Positions 113,254 to 127,951 of a stretch of 248,000 nt of DNA are shown one piece after another; positions within the stretch are counted from its first letter, which is position 1; each line of letters opens with the position of its first letter. The stretch is taken from positions 35,484,001-35,732,000 of the forward strand of contig OX597815.1 of the NCBI GenBank assembly GCA_951406725.2, read 5' to 3'. Position numbers and translations under genes: made by a program. Source of the DNA: Octopus vulgaris. Taxonomy: Eukaryota. The notes below the pieces were generated by a model. It ran no database searches and was not told the DNA's origin. It worked only from the letters and a program-made list of their open reading frames with translations.

Positions 113254-114333
113254 GTTATTGTTATTATTATTATTATTATCTAAGGCAGCGATCTGGCAGA
113301 AACGTTAGCACGCCGGGCGAAATGCTTCGCGGTATTTCGTCTGCCGCTACGTTCCGAGTTCAAATTCCGCCGAGGTCGACTTTGCCTTTCATCCTTTCGG
113401 GCTCGATAAATTAAGTACCAGTTACGCACCGAGGACGTTGTAATCGACTTAATCCGTTTGTCTGTCCTTGTTTGTCCTCTTTGTGTTTAGCCCCTTGTGG
113501 ATAGTAAAGAAATAGGTATTTCGTCTGTCATCACGTTCTGAGTGGCAATGTATAGGTATGAGTAAAAAAAGAAAAAAGAAAGAAAGTATAACTATACACT
113601 TCAGCAGGCAGGACAAGACACGTTTGTACTCGTTTTGTGGATTAGTTTGATATAACAAGAGGATGTGGAGAAATGGAATGATATAATTATCGATATGAAT
113701 CATTGTTGACGTCATTAGGAAAACTTAGCTTACACATATACACTAAAAAATTCAATAAAAATTACAATTCAGGCAATAAACTATAAATATGTACATTGTC
113801 ACAATCAGGTACACATACATATATACATATACATATACATAATTATATGCTGACGTAAACGTAGACATTACACAAATAAAAATGGTAATATAGCATTACA
113901 TCCTCAATATTTATGACCATCACACATATTCTTCTAAATCTCTGACGACCTTTCATGGTGATCATATATTTTTTTACATTCCAAAACTCGTCATCACAAA
114001 TCCGGGTTTTCTTTACAGACAGAAATTTTCACCTTGAACAGATAGACGTAATGTATAAATGGTTGATGTGATCATCACGCATTCACATTCTTGAGAGGCA
114101 GTCACTCACCACCAGCCACTGAAGGAGCCACGAAGTGGTCATTCGATGTGCTAGAGACAGTAGGTAAATCTCTCAGCTACAAACTATCGCCTTAAAAATA
114201 GGAATAACCACATTTCATAATGTAGTCCCCAACCGAAAAAAAAAGTAATAATAATAAACAAGATGTTATTTCATGGTTGGACTGGGCCTTTAAAAGTGGC
114301 GTTCCAGAACCAAGACATCCAAGGAAAGACCCC

Positions 114334-114407
<74 letters not shown>

Positions 114408-116449
114408 AAAAAAACTCCCGCCCCCTTAAATTTTGAGAGGAGACTCCCTCTCCCTGATCCCAAAAGAAGTTTTATTGCTCCTTATGAAACTTCTGTCGGA
114501 GTTCCTGTAGTTGAAATGCCTAAGTCGACTGAGTTAAACAACAATTGGACTCTCGTTGAGCTGTTTCCACTTATACTCAGTGGTATCTACTAACTTAAAA
114601 AATGCATGCCTCCGAAACGTATTTCCTACACTCATCTCTCTTCGCGCATTCTAACAATGTCATAGCTCCCGGATTCTAAGCGCTTCGAAACTTATAGCAA
114701 TATATTTGGAATGCAGGGGAAAGGGGAAAAGTTAGTTACCCACCCTTTTACTATTATTATCATTGTTACATTTCTCAAATTGATTGTATGTCGATATCTT
114801 TTGATCAGGAGCGAGTCATAACCATTGACCATGGGTCCTGTGAACTTTCTCATTCCAGTTACATTGACACAACTCTTCTCAAAATATTGGCTGTTCCAAG
114901 TAGTGCTGTTTTTCTGAAGTATCGGTGTTGATAGTGAATACAAGTTTGTCGAGCTACTTCTGAAATTAGTTTGTTACGGTTCCAAGTGCCCCTATTACAA
115001 GAGGTATAACCTCCACCTTCTACAGTTCCATAATAATTATTATTCAGTAGTCTTATTTTAATCACGTACTTTCACTGCAATACCGAGCGCAACTCTGTGC
115101 TGTGGTTTGTTGTGATACTCTTATTTTTACAGTATTGAACGTGTTTTACGTAGGATGTGTGCGGTGCCTATTAGTGCTATTTTCTGTATGTTATATATAC
115201 TTGTTAATCCTGATATTTTTATTATGTATTTGTCTGAATATGCTTTTATCAAACCTAATGCACATGGCCTAGTGGTTAGAGCAGCGGTCGAGGGATCGCG
115301 GGTTCGAATCTCAGACCGGGTGATGTGTGTGTTTATGAGCAAAACACCTAAGCTCCACGCGGCTCCGGCAGAAGGTAATGGCGAACTTCTGCTGACTCTT
115401 TCGCCACAACTTTCTCTCACTCTTTCCTCCTGCATCTTGCAGCTGATCTACGACAGACCGGCGTCCCGTCCAGGTGGCGAACCTATTCGCTAAGGAAACC
115501 GGGAAACTGGCCCTTATGAGCCAGGCATGGCTTGAGAAGGAACAAACAATGCCTCGATTATGTGAGGAATTATTTCTGTTTTTAAACTCCACATTCGAGT
115601 TAGCTTTATTTCCAGAGTTTTGTATTTTGAAGAGAAACATTATCATCTGTTGGTATTGATCCATTGATTAGAAAGCACTTGTTTTCTTGTTGATCTCTGA
115701 CAACTATATCCGGCCTATTGGTCTTAATTTCTGGCATATCCCAGAGTATGGTTGCTTTCTCATTTTCTGTGACCTTTTCTTGTGTGTGCCTATAACATCT
115801 TTTTTCTGTTATTACTCCATAGAGTTGGCATAGCTTCCAGTGTATATAGATTATAACTCTGTTGTGTCTGAATATATTCCTTTTTAGTCAGACTGGGCAG
115901 CCAGAGACAATATGATTTATTGTTTCTTGTCCATCTCCACATATTCTACAGTTACTTGTATTTCGGATCTTTTCCTTTTGATGGACGGAATTCAACACAA
116001 TTTCTAGTTAACTAAACAATTTGAAACTTCGTATACTGGTAGAATGTGTCAAAAGAAAACATTATTTTCACTTGGCTTTTTTGAGAAAATTGTAATTTGT
116101 AAGTTTAACGTAGTTTAATTCTTCGAATTTTAACCAATGAATTGCCAGTATTGAACTCCTAATGAATATATAACAAATGCTGTATATTTGTTTAAATAAT
116201 CAAAAATGAAATACGTAGTAGGCGGCCTGGTGTGTGTTCGCTTTCGGGTTACGGTCTGTTATAATTTTTTTATCTGAAGTTTATAGTTGGATTGCCATTG
116301 ATTTTGTTGCAGGTTTTCCCTTTTGGGATCACTTTTTAAAAAAAATTATTTAAAACTGTTAGTGTCTTGCGACACATTGTTAGCTTTCACAGGCTTGTTT
116401 CCTGTTGGCTTCCCCCTTTGGTGGGTGAAGCGTTTACATTTTGTGTAGG

Positions 116450-119400
116450 ATGTCCAACACAAAATGGATGACAACACATTTTACGAGCCCTGGGAGAGGA
116501 CTACACAAGTGATTCCGGTGACAGTACGGACGCGGCACGAAGAAGGATGAAACGTTACAACATCAAGCCTGAGGCAGACAAGAAGTTCCAGACATTTCTT
116601 CAGGGGAAGAGAGACAACGTGAGGCTAAATCCCACCAAGAAGGTGATGGAAGGAATTAAGAGAACAACAATTGTTTAAAGGACGCTATGTTTGAAGACCA
116701 GAAAAATAGAGATAGCGTCAATAGAGGACATTGAAAAGCATTAAAGCCTATTATGTATAAATTGGTGTACGTTAAGCGCGGAAGAAAGTTTGGAACGGTG
116801 GAGGCGCAGTTTGTGACTGAGAGCGATGCCATCATGCAAACAAGCAGATTAGCTCTTTTACCGTTATGTCTCAGCAAAAGAAAGACGAAAATAATGATAA
116901 ACGGGTTCGATCCGGAAATCAAACCAATGTGGCACCTGGCGGCGGCCTTCGCCAACATAAAAGAAGTGACTCTATTGGAGTTGGAAGAAAAAGGTACCCA
117001 GAACTGATGTGGAAGGGGCGTAAGAACAACAATCCAGGCCACACCAACAGATATTGATAGCATACCGGAGTTTGTTATCCTTCCCTATGATACAAGAGTG
117101 AAGGTCGCTGCTCAGGGCAGAGTACCAAAGTGCTTCGGATGTGGGCAGAAAGCCAGATGGAAGCAAGTATGAAGCAGGAGGAGGTGATGGTGGAGACAGA
117201 GAAAGACACACCGTCTACTTCAAGGGTTAAGGTTTTAGGGTTAAGGTTGTCATAAATAACAGTGACAAACAAAATATACACCGCCGGAAGTTCTTGTTGA
117301 CAAACAACAGCAGTAATTTTATTCAGCTGAATACACGTCATTGATTGGTTGAAATTACCGAAATACAAGAACTTTGACGTGAAATAACATCGTAAATATA
117401 AGTTTTTCTTAAAAATGCGAAGAGTAAAAGATATTTTATATGACACACATTCTACCAGTGTCCGAAGTTTGAAAGTGTTTAGTTACAAAAATTATTTTTT
117501 AACTCAGTAGGTCAAAAGATAAAGATCCAAAAAATGTTCAATGATGTTGCTTGGATGGTGGGGCACGGGTGACTATCATTTCACCTTTTCATTTATTAAT
117601 CATACATCTGCTCATTCGATTTTTTTTCGGCCCCATATGTAATGTCCTGTATTGTCCCCTCTTTGTTGGTTCCTTGTGGACAATAGAAAGAATGAGTACG
117701 TAGCTGGTGGTTTGAGATATTCGTATCGGAGTTAATTTTGTCGTGTTATTTGTTAGACGTAAGTCACTTTGTTGAATATTTGTTGAAGGTCTCCCTTCGG
117801 CGGTGTACCCAAGATTATTGATTGTTACTATTGAAATTGTTGATTATTGTTATTTTTGAATTGTTATTTTTTTCCCCATTGTGGGAAAAATGGAGAAGGT
117901 GCCAACAGGAGGCCACAGCTATGCGGCTTCAACCGGTAGAGGAACAGAGGTTGATGCGCTGGAGTTGCAATAAGTAAAAGTCGAGCCAAAGAAAATGAAA
118001 GAATGTGAGAAATTGCTGGAAAAGGAAGGAAATACACTGAGACTAACGCCGCCTGCAGAACTTACAAGTAATGTAACCAAAAGGATAGTGAATTTATAAA
118101 ACACTGAAGGTAGCAAGCAGAAAGATCGAATTTGTAACAATCGAGGCTATTGAGGAATGGTTGAAGGAAATAAAGAGGCTGACCACGTTCATTAGCAAAG
118201 GAAGAAAGTACGGCACTGCGGAGGTGCGTTTCGCGACGGAGGATGAAGCGATTAAGCACTCCACAGTAGCCATAAGAACAGAGGAATGGGTACTTTTGCT
118301 GTCCTATTGTGGCAAGCGTGTTGCCAGAGTAAGAGTTAGCAAAGTGCCACCAGAGATAAAAGAAACATGGCTTATGGCAGCCATTATGTTTAATATGGAG
118401 GAGGAGGCCAAGATTCTCAAGGCCACAAGAACCAAAAGGGTGAACTATTGGGGATATGGCATAGAAATGGCCATTCAAGCGAATATAGAAGACCTCAATA
118501 GAATTGCGGAAGAAATAGTTCTGCCTGAGGACGTAAGGCTGCGAGTGGTGGTGAAAAAGGTCACATTACGGCGAGGTGCCCCCAGAGAGAACAACAGATG
118601 AAACAGACTGAGAAGCAACAAAGTGCAGACCAAGTGGTACAAGTCGAGGTAAAGGAGACAAGAACGGATGAAGAATTTACGGTAGTAAAAAAAAAAACGA
118701 AAGAGAAGTGATAGAGTAAGCTCTCCGTCAGCGAGGCAGAAAAAGAAGAAAGAAACGGTAGAGAAAGAAGTTATGAAGGAAGTCAGAAGGAAGGAAAATA
118801 AAATGGTGATTGACAAGGAGATCGAAAAGGAACTTGAAAAGGAGATCGAAGAGGAGTTTCAGAAGGAGGAGGATTCAGGAGAACAATTAAAAGGAAGGAA
118901 GGAAGCACTCCGTCGGTTACGACGATGAGGGTTCCGGTTGATCCGAATCAACGGAACAGCCTGCTCGTGAAATTAAAGTGTAAGTGGCTGAAAACTTCAC
119001 AGACACGTGTACCCTTAACGTAGTTCTCGGGGATATACAGCGTGTCACAGAGAGTGACAAGGCCGGCCCTTTGAAATACAGGTACAACAGAAACAGGAAG
119101 TAAGAGAAAGTTGTGGTGAAAGAGTACAGCAGGGATCACCACCATCCCTGCCTGAGCCTCGTGGAGCTTTAGGTGTTTTCGCTCAATAAACACTCACAAC
119201 GCCCGGTCTGGGAATCGAAACCGCGATCCTATGACCGCGAGTCCGCTGCCCTAACCACTGGGCCATTGCGCCTCCACGGAGAACAATTAAACGAGGGTGA
119301 AATGGAGAGATTATTCAGAATGGAAAGAGAAAAGGTACCAGCAGTGGAGCAGGAAAAGGGAAAGCAAGTAAGAAAGCCCCCAAAATATCGATGGAATTTT

Positions 119401-119950
119401 GTGACATAGGCGAAAAACAAGGAAACAGAACAGAAAATAATGAAATTTAAGTCTATCATAAGGGTGAAGCTGCCCATTGTTGTGTATTCGGAGAATGTGA
119501 AGGCCATTGTGGTCGACAGGGAGAAATACAACAGGCTAAGAGATGTGTGTGGAGAGGGAATTGATCCGCCAGGAGTAGCGGTGCAGTTCGATGGATTACC
119601 ACCAGTAGTGGAACTGAAAGATCTCGAACCTTTTATGAAATATTAAAAAAGGAAAAAAGTAAGTGAAATTGTTTATTTGAAAAAAAGAAAAGAAGTAAAA
119701 TTGTTTTATTTAAAAAAAAAAAAGAGAGAGAGAGAAACGATGATAATGGGAAAAAATAAAGGAAATTGAACGATTGTAAACAGTGTATTAAACGTTCAAA
119801 TGGTACTGCATGAGGAGTGGGGCCCATGCAGCCATTTCATTTTCATTATATATCTTCATTTTCATTCGCTTTGTTTTTGTCCCCACTGTGATGTTCTGTC
119901 TGTGACCTTGTAGTGCCCCCTCTGTGTTATGGCCGTAGAGTCAAATAAAG
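116450..119950 (+). mobile_element. Two diverged ORF1/gag-like remnants (RRM-like region, zinc-knuckle remnant), Tx1/L1-group-like
   Basis: KRGRKFGTVEAQF (116753-117007) and SKGRKYGTAEVRF (118161-118601) are paralogous; KCFGCGQK at ~117128; no RT recognised between them. Confidence 0.55.
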
Positions 119951-122900
119951 AACAGTACGTATAAGCGGTCAAGAAAATAAATACATAATTAAAAACCGCC
120001 AGTCACATGGCATGTGTGAATTTCAGGTGTACTCGTCTGCTTTTTTTTTTTATATATATATTGTTGATTACCCCTTCTCCTTTCTGCTGTTGGTTGTGCC
120101 TCCTTCGCAGTTTACAGCTATTTGATCTTTGTTCCTATACCGGTGCTTGCGAAATAAGCAAACTACAAAACTTAATACACACCCACATCATACACAGAGG
120201 ACGAACTGACACATTACAAAGCCGATATGTTTTCCACTCCAACAATGTATCTACTCAACATTCGTCGAAAAAACAAACTACAAGATAAGACTATCTTATT
120301 TACATAGTTGCTTGATTACAGATACTAGGTTTGAGCTATGTTCTCTACAACCCACTCATGCACTGAATTTCCTCAATCTGGTTACAAATGATTTCCGCCA
120401 GAACAGACATTTTATCTATCAATCTTATCGCACCCGTTTCCTGATTATACCGATTGTTAAAGGATGTAAAATGTATTTTAATATACTGTCCAGGTAAAAA
120501 GTGGTGAACTGGCAGAATCTTTTCTACTCTAAGCACAAGACCCGGAATTTTGGGGAAGGGGGGCAGTCGATTAGATCGACCCCAGTACGCAACTGGTACT
120601 TAATTTATCGACTCCGAAAGGATGAAAGGCAAAGTCGACCTCCGCGGAATTTGAACTCAGGACATAAAGACAGACGAAATACCTATACAGAGGGGACAAA
120701 CAAGGACAGACAAACGGATTAAGTCGATTATATCGACCCCAGTGCGTAACTGGTACTTATATAATCGACCCCGAAAGGACGAAAGGCAAAGTCGACCTCG
120801 GCGGAATTTGAACTCAGAACGTAGCGGCAGACGAAATACCTATTTCTTTACTACACACAAGGGGCTAAACACAGAGAGGACAAACAAGGACAGACAAACA
120901 GATTAAGACGATTATATCGATCTCAGTGCGTAACTGGTACTTATTTAATCGACCCCGAAAGGATGAAAGGTAAAGTCGACCTCGGCAGAATTTGAACTCA
121001 GAACGTAGCGGCAGACGAAATACCGCTAAGCATTTCGTCTGTGTCTACGTGGAGTTCAAATTCCGTCGAATTCCATCCTTTTGGGATCGATGAAATAAGT
121101 ACCAGTTGAGTACTGGGGTCGAGTCAATCGAATTGCTCCCACCCACCCAAACTGCTGGCCTTGTGCCAAAATTTGAAACAAATATACTACCCAGGTAACG
121201 CGGCGAGCTGGCAGAACCGTTACGGCGCTGAGTAGAATGCTTAGCGGCATTTCGTCCGTCTTTATGTTCTGAGTTTAACTGCTGCCGGTGTCGACTTTGC
121301 CTTTCATCCTTTCGGAGTCGATAAAATAAGTACCAATTGAGTACTGGGGTCGATGTAATTGACTTATCCCTGAAATTGACAGCCTCGTGCCAAAATATGA
121401 AATCAATGCACTACCCAGGTGAAGCAGTGCCGGGTTGGCAGAATTAGTAGAGCATGGAAACAAAATGCTTTGTGGCATCTAATTGTGATTCTTTATGCTC
121501 TGAGTTCAAATTACACCGAAGTCAATTTTGATTTCTGTTCCTCCCGATCGATAAAATAAGGGCCAATAAAGTACAAAGATCAAAATACTCAATTATACCC
121601 AGCTCAACGCACTCAAAAAGTTTCTGACCTGGTGACAGCAATGCTAGAAATCAACAATAATTTGGAAAGAGTATGGTCAATGGAATCTGCGATTTGGCTT
121701 CAATTCTCAACCTACGCAGTCAATAAAGTCGAGAAAGAAAAGGCTTCAGGTAACTGACATGGACAGATCTCCATAGAAACCACATGTAGTTGATTACGAA
121801 TAAACAGCTCAAGCAGAAGCCAACTAATGCCTGTTGTCGATATGGCTTTTGAAACCGGAAACTAACTGGCAGATCCTTCAATTATTATATCAAACTAACT
121901 CTTTCTGAAAATGGTTACTCAGAGGAGGTCGTTTTAAGAATTTTCTGTATGTTAATCAATTTTGCTCCACTTGTTTTCAGTTGGGGTATGTTAGTCGCAA
122001 AAAGTGCTCTCATTACATCTGATTAGGTTACGTTTTCCATAATATAGGTTGTAGATGTTCCCAGATTAAGTTGGACATATGGAGTTCACTATCAGGTACT
122101 CACTGAAAGAGACTTAGAACATTGTAAATGGTTTATGACAACCCGTTGTCAAAGTGGGACGACTGGATGCAGCTGTTTTGGCGCTGGCCGTCTGGCACAG
122201 GAGTTTTAGCTCCAAATCCATTTTGTACCTGACTAGAGCTTCTCTCCGAACTCCAGGGAAATTTTGCTAAAAATGTAATTGGCTATTCCCAAACGTGTTA
122301 TAAATTGCAAGAATTTCATGTAAACTCTTCTAAATTGTTAATGTATACCTGACTTTATTTTCACAAATACAAAGTTTTTACATTATTTATCAAATGCATT
122401 AGAGATTACTACTGTATTTGATGGCAAATAAGACGCATTTTTTATTTCAAAAAATGTCTTAAAAAATTGCCTGTATATGGAGTTGGGCCCATAATACATG
122501 CTTAAATGCACTAAATTCTTTCTTTTTAAGACGCGCTACCGAAATTGAGATGCGTTTATGACCGTGCATCATCTATGCCATCAAATATGGTAAATTTTAT
122601 CTAATGCCAATTATGGTTTTCTCTCGCTTTCATTCGCATCACACCCTTTCACTTCGTCACAGGCCATTTTATGTACATAATACGAAAGATCACCGAAACT
122701 TGTATCAAATTACCCTTTTGGATTTAAAACTTTAATCCGCTTGACATTCTTTCGTTAAGAGTATATAAATTAGCCGACGACTTGTTCTCTACTTATATCT
122801 ATGAGAGTTCAAATGGTGTATGTACACAATGTGTCATTCATCTACTGTACTAGATATTATCATTTTATTTCATTTTCTGGTTTTTGAGGCGCAGGCCACT

Positions 122901-124760
122901 GCACGGGGTCTTGATTAAGTGTCTTCTGCTATAATCTCGGACCGACCAATGTTTTAAGAGTGAATTTGGTAAACGGAAACTGTGGAATCCCGTCGCAAAT
123001 ATATAGACATATGTATGTATAAGTATGTCTTTGTGATATATTCCAGTGATTGTCCCCACCACCATTGGTTGACAACTGGTGTTGGTGTGTTTGTCCTCGT
123101 AACTTAGTGGTTCGGCAAAAGAAATCGATATAAGTACCAGACTTTGAAAAATATGGTACCGGGGTCAGAGCGGCATCCCCACTGTAGTCCAGTGACGAAA
123201 ACAAGCCAAAAGATTTACAAGGCACAGACAGACGGACATTTCATGCTATATAATCCGTTCATTTTAATTTTGGGATTTTAATAAGAACTAATAGACATGC
123301 ATACATACATGCAGACATATATACATGCATACATACATATTCATACCAACAATAATTGGATCACTAGGTTTTGTTAGTAAATGCTTAAATGAGAATCTGG
123401 ATACACTGGGATTTTCAGAAAGAGAAATCGACCGGCTAATTCGTAGTGCAATCTGTGAGTGGAACAGTAAAAATATGTAAGACTTTTCTCAAGTTCCAAG
123501 GGTGAATTTGTGTTAACTACATCCCAAAGATGCAACCTCGTATCCTTCTTGGAAACCGGCTCCCTCTTCAGTGGAAGATTTATAATACTTAAAAAATAGA
123601 AGAAACACATACAGATATACATAACAAATAATAGAAACGGAAAATGGAGTATACAAGAAACTTTATTGCTCTCGATGATCGTTTCGACCCATTCTGCATC
123701 GATCTCTTGCGGGTGGGATACTGTACAACTTGTCGTGATGCATCCTTCGATGCAGAAGTGCCTCGTCAGGTGAGGTTATAAGGGGTATCTGGTTAAATAA
123801 ATTTTGTTTAACTCGGTTTTAATACAGCATGTTGTTAGTGACCATAGGTTTAAGCCGTTGGGCAGGAATGGCGAGGGACAGATTCCGTTGCTATATTACA
123901 GACAGCTGTCTACATTCTTTTAGTAGTAAATCAAAGACAGGATTTTTTTTATATTACCGATAGTTCTCCGATACCAATTCTCTTGCTTCATTGCTGGACA
124001 TTTTATATATTCCTCACGAAAGTTTGCCAACCATCTATTTATTTGTATATAGATATTTAGATGAACTTGCTAGTGAGATGAACCATATGTTAATCTAGGT
124101 AAGATGTTTTCCATTCGTTCCGAAGAAGTTCTTACGTTTGCTCGGACATCTCCAGATGTGTTGCCACCAGCATACATAATAGATGACATGTCACACGATT
124201 TATAGATTCTTGTTTTAATCTCTAGTTTGAAACTGTTAATCCCAATCTTTAATGGTTTTCCTATCCATACCAGCGACTGCTTTGATTCTTACGAGGTGAA
124301 ATAAATATCGAAGATGCTTATAGTACCACGAAGAAACTACAGGAGCTACTCGGAAGGTTTGGAAGCTCTTCTCTTAAATCCATTGCCATGTTGGAAACCC
124401 TTCTGTATCATCAGCACGTATATCAGGGTCACAACCATTTCGCTTGTACACTTCGCATGAGTTAGACAGCGAGAACTAAGTTAGACGTCGCCTGTGGAAG
124501 GGTTCTACCCGCGGTCTCTTGAGCTGGTTTCAGCTGTCATGACTATCTCCTTGGTGTTAACGATTTTGTCATATATTTTGGTAGACATATTTATCGATGG
124601 CGGTAAAACGTAGTAAAAACTGTTTCAGTATACAAAAGGAAGGGAAAGTACTCAATACATGCTGTAGAGTAGGTTCCCAGATGATTATTTCGCTCCGACT
124701 ATACCCTAGTCAGCATATCTCGCAACGTGCAATATTAAACAAAACAAAACTGTGTACGCG

Positions 124761-124796
<36 letters not shown>

Positions 124797-125847
124797 CTCT
124801 TGCTCTCTCTCTCTCTCTCTCTCCCTCCAAGCTTCCATACATAATTACGTACATGTCTACCTACATACATATGATCATACATCCGTATGTACATACACAT
124901 TTATGATACTAATAAATTGATATAAAAGTAGACACATACACACATTCATGCACTCACTCACATGATTGCTCATATCCGTAAAATACACATCGTTTAAAAA
125001 CTTAGATAAGGAAATTTTGACCTCCCAATTACATATATACACATATACATTCAACACTCTTAACTATTTCATACATGACATACAGGCATACATACCCCAC
125101 ACACACACACTCACATAGCGTGCACGCATACACAGATTCTGGATTCCATAATTGCTCTCTGTCTGTCGCATAGATATCTACCATGAAACCAGTTCCAATA
125201 TGGCGAGGTTAAGCATTAGCCATTAGCGTTTAAGCTACCGTGTAGACAATCTTGTTTACATCTTAATGAATAATTTTCTGTTATTGTTGCGCGTCATCTT
125301 GGCAGGAAGAGGCGAACGACCTTCGATGAGTTGTTAAAAAGCAAAGAAATTGATTAGTTGCATTTTGATCCCAAGCTGCCGGAAGTCTCTCGAAAGGTCT
125401 AATTTATAATGGAACTAAATACATTAGAGTATAAGACTACATATTTATTTACTATTTAGAAATATAATCACTGCCAGGCTTCCATATGAAAGAAGCCTTG
125501 CAGTGATTATACGTAAGCGCTGCTTCCGCTCACACACACATACACACGCATACATTCACACGGTGACTGAGATTAACAGTTAATAGGCTGATTATTTTTG
125601 TTTGATTTGTATATTGTATCTCTTTTATCTTTTTATTTGTTTCAGTCGTTAAACTGCGGCCATGCTGGGGCACCGCCTTGGAAAATTTTGAGAACAATGA
125701 ATCGATCCCAGTACTTATATCTGATTTTATTTTAAGCTTGGTTCTTATTCTATCAGTCATTTTGCCGAACTGCTAGATTACGGGACGTAAACACACCAAC
125801 ACTGGTTGTCAAGCGACAGGGGAGATAAACACAGATACGCGCGCGCG

Positions 125848-125886
<39 letters not shown>

Positions 125887-126292
125887 ATATATACATATAC
125901 AACAGGACTGTTTAAATTTTCGTCTCCCAATTTCACTTAGAAACCCGGAACCATTTGGCTGGGAAGTAAACTTCTTATCACACAGCTTGTGTTTATTTTA
126001 GCAGAATACTTTGTTATAATTATTGCTGGCATCACTAATCGTTTATTCTAAATTGATGCATTTGGGATTTGAAAACAAAAAGGTATTAATTTCATACTCG
126101 AGAGAACTATCATGGGTATGGAACCGCCTTATGAGTGTGAGCACATACCTTCGCCATTAGAGTCTGACGAGTCAGCCGTAGGGCTGAGCCTTTATATATA
126201 CGAAACCATTGGTCACGCTATGGCCGGATATATACTTAATTGCATATAAATAAATTACTGTTCTATGCTTTAGAGTGTGCCTATTTTTCGGA

Positions 126293-126329
<37 letters not shown>

Positions 126330-126360
126330 ATATATATATATATATATTATACACTGGCGG

Positions 126361-126409
<49 letters not shown>

Positions 126410-126539
126410 CTCTCTCATGCACCAAATAGCAGTTGCTAAAAAGCCTCCATGAAGTGAAACCAAGTAGCAACACCAAATGGCGGTGCCCCAGCATGGCCAC
126501 AGCTCATAAGCTGAAACTAGAATCAATCAATCAATCAAT

Positions 126540-126608
<69 letters not shown>

Positions 126609-126612
<4 letters not shown>

Positions 126613-126980
126613 GTGAAGGGAAGAAGTGGAGCCGAACGAAGATTCTACAAAATTCCTTTTTATTATTTTCTACACATGTTTCAAAGGCTGCAAATTCCCA
126701 AATTCGGATTGTATAAGGAGACCATTCTGCAGCTTTCTCTTCAAGAAAATCCAGGTGCCATTTTTACCATGGGCTCCTAGGGAGCGTTTTGTTCGAAAAG
126801 CTTGCTGCGCATTTGTTTTGAGATTTTAAATTCCTGGATTTTCCTGAAGAGAATGCTGCAGAATGGTCTCCTTATTCAATCCGAATTTGGGAATTTGCAG
126901 CCTTTGAAACATGTGTAGAAAATAATAAAAAGGAATTTTGTAGAATCTTCGTTCGGCTCCATTTCTTCCCTTCACTAAAT
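126609..126980. mobile_element. MITE with ~155-bp near-perfect TIRs in (TA)n
   Basis: TTAGTGAAGGGAAGAAGTGGAGCCGAACG ... CGTTCGGCTCCATTTCTTCCCTTCACTAA. Confidence 0.85.
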
Positions 126981-127131
126981 ATATAAAACTTCAATTATCC
127001 GCGCTAAAGCACGGGGGCGAAACCCCATGGTCGTAACCTCAACCGTGTCTTTTCTGGTGTGATTTTTGCTACACAGGTATCGGTTAAATTTTGAATAATC
127101 CATAACAAGATAATTCATTTATCCATTTCAT

Positions 127132-127187
<56 letters not shown>

Positions 127188-127895
127188 ATTATATATGTTT
127201 TGGGCATTATTGGCTCAGACTTTGACTAATTTAATACAATCGATTAAGTAAATATCCTAGTAAATAGTTGTTGTTGACTAAGATATATTCAGGTATACGT
127301 AGTTTGTCCAGATATCGTTTGAAAGTTATGAGATCTTTATATTTGACTTTGTTTTCGAGGGAGGGGGAAAACGAATGCATCGACCCCAGTACTCAACTGG
127401 TGCTTATTTTATCGACGCCGAAACGATAAAGATTGTTACCGCTAAGCATTTCGCCCGGCGTGCTATAAGGAGACCATTCTGCAGCTTTCTCTTCAAGAAA
127501 ATCCAGGTGCCATTTTTACCATGGGCTCTAGACCCCGAAAGGATGGAGCGTTTTGTTCGAAAAGCTTGCTGCGCATTTGTTTTGAGATTTTAAATTCCTG
127601 GATTTTCCTGAAGAGAATGCTGCAGAATGGTCTCCTTATTCAATCCGAATTTGGGAATTTGCAGCCTTTGAAACATGTGTAGAAAATAATAAAAAGGAAT
127701 TTTGTAGAATCTTCGTTCGGCTCCATTTCTTCCCTTCACTAAATATATAAAACTTCAATTATCCGCGCTAAAGCACGGGGGCGAAACCCCATGGTCGTAA
127801 CCTCAACCGTGTCTTTTCTGGTGTGATTTTTGCTACACAGGTATCGGTTAAATTTTGAATAATCCATAACAAGATAATTCATTTATCCATTTCAT

Positions 127896-127951
<56 letters not shown>

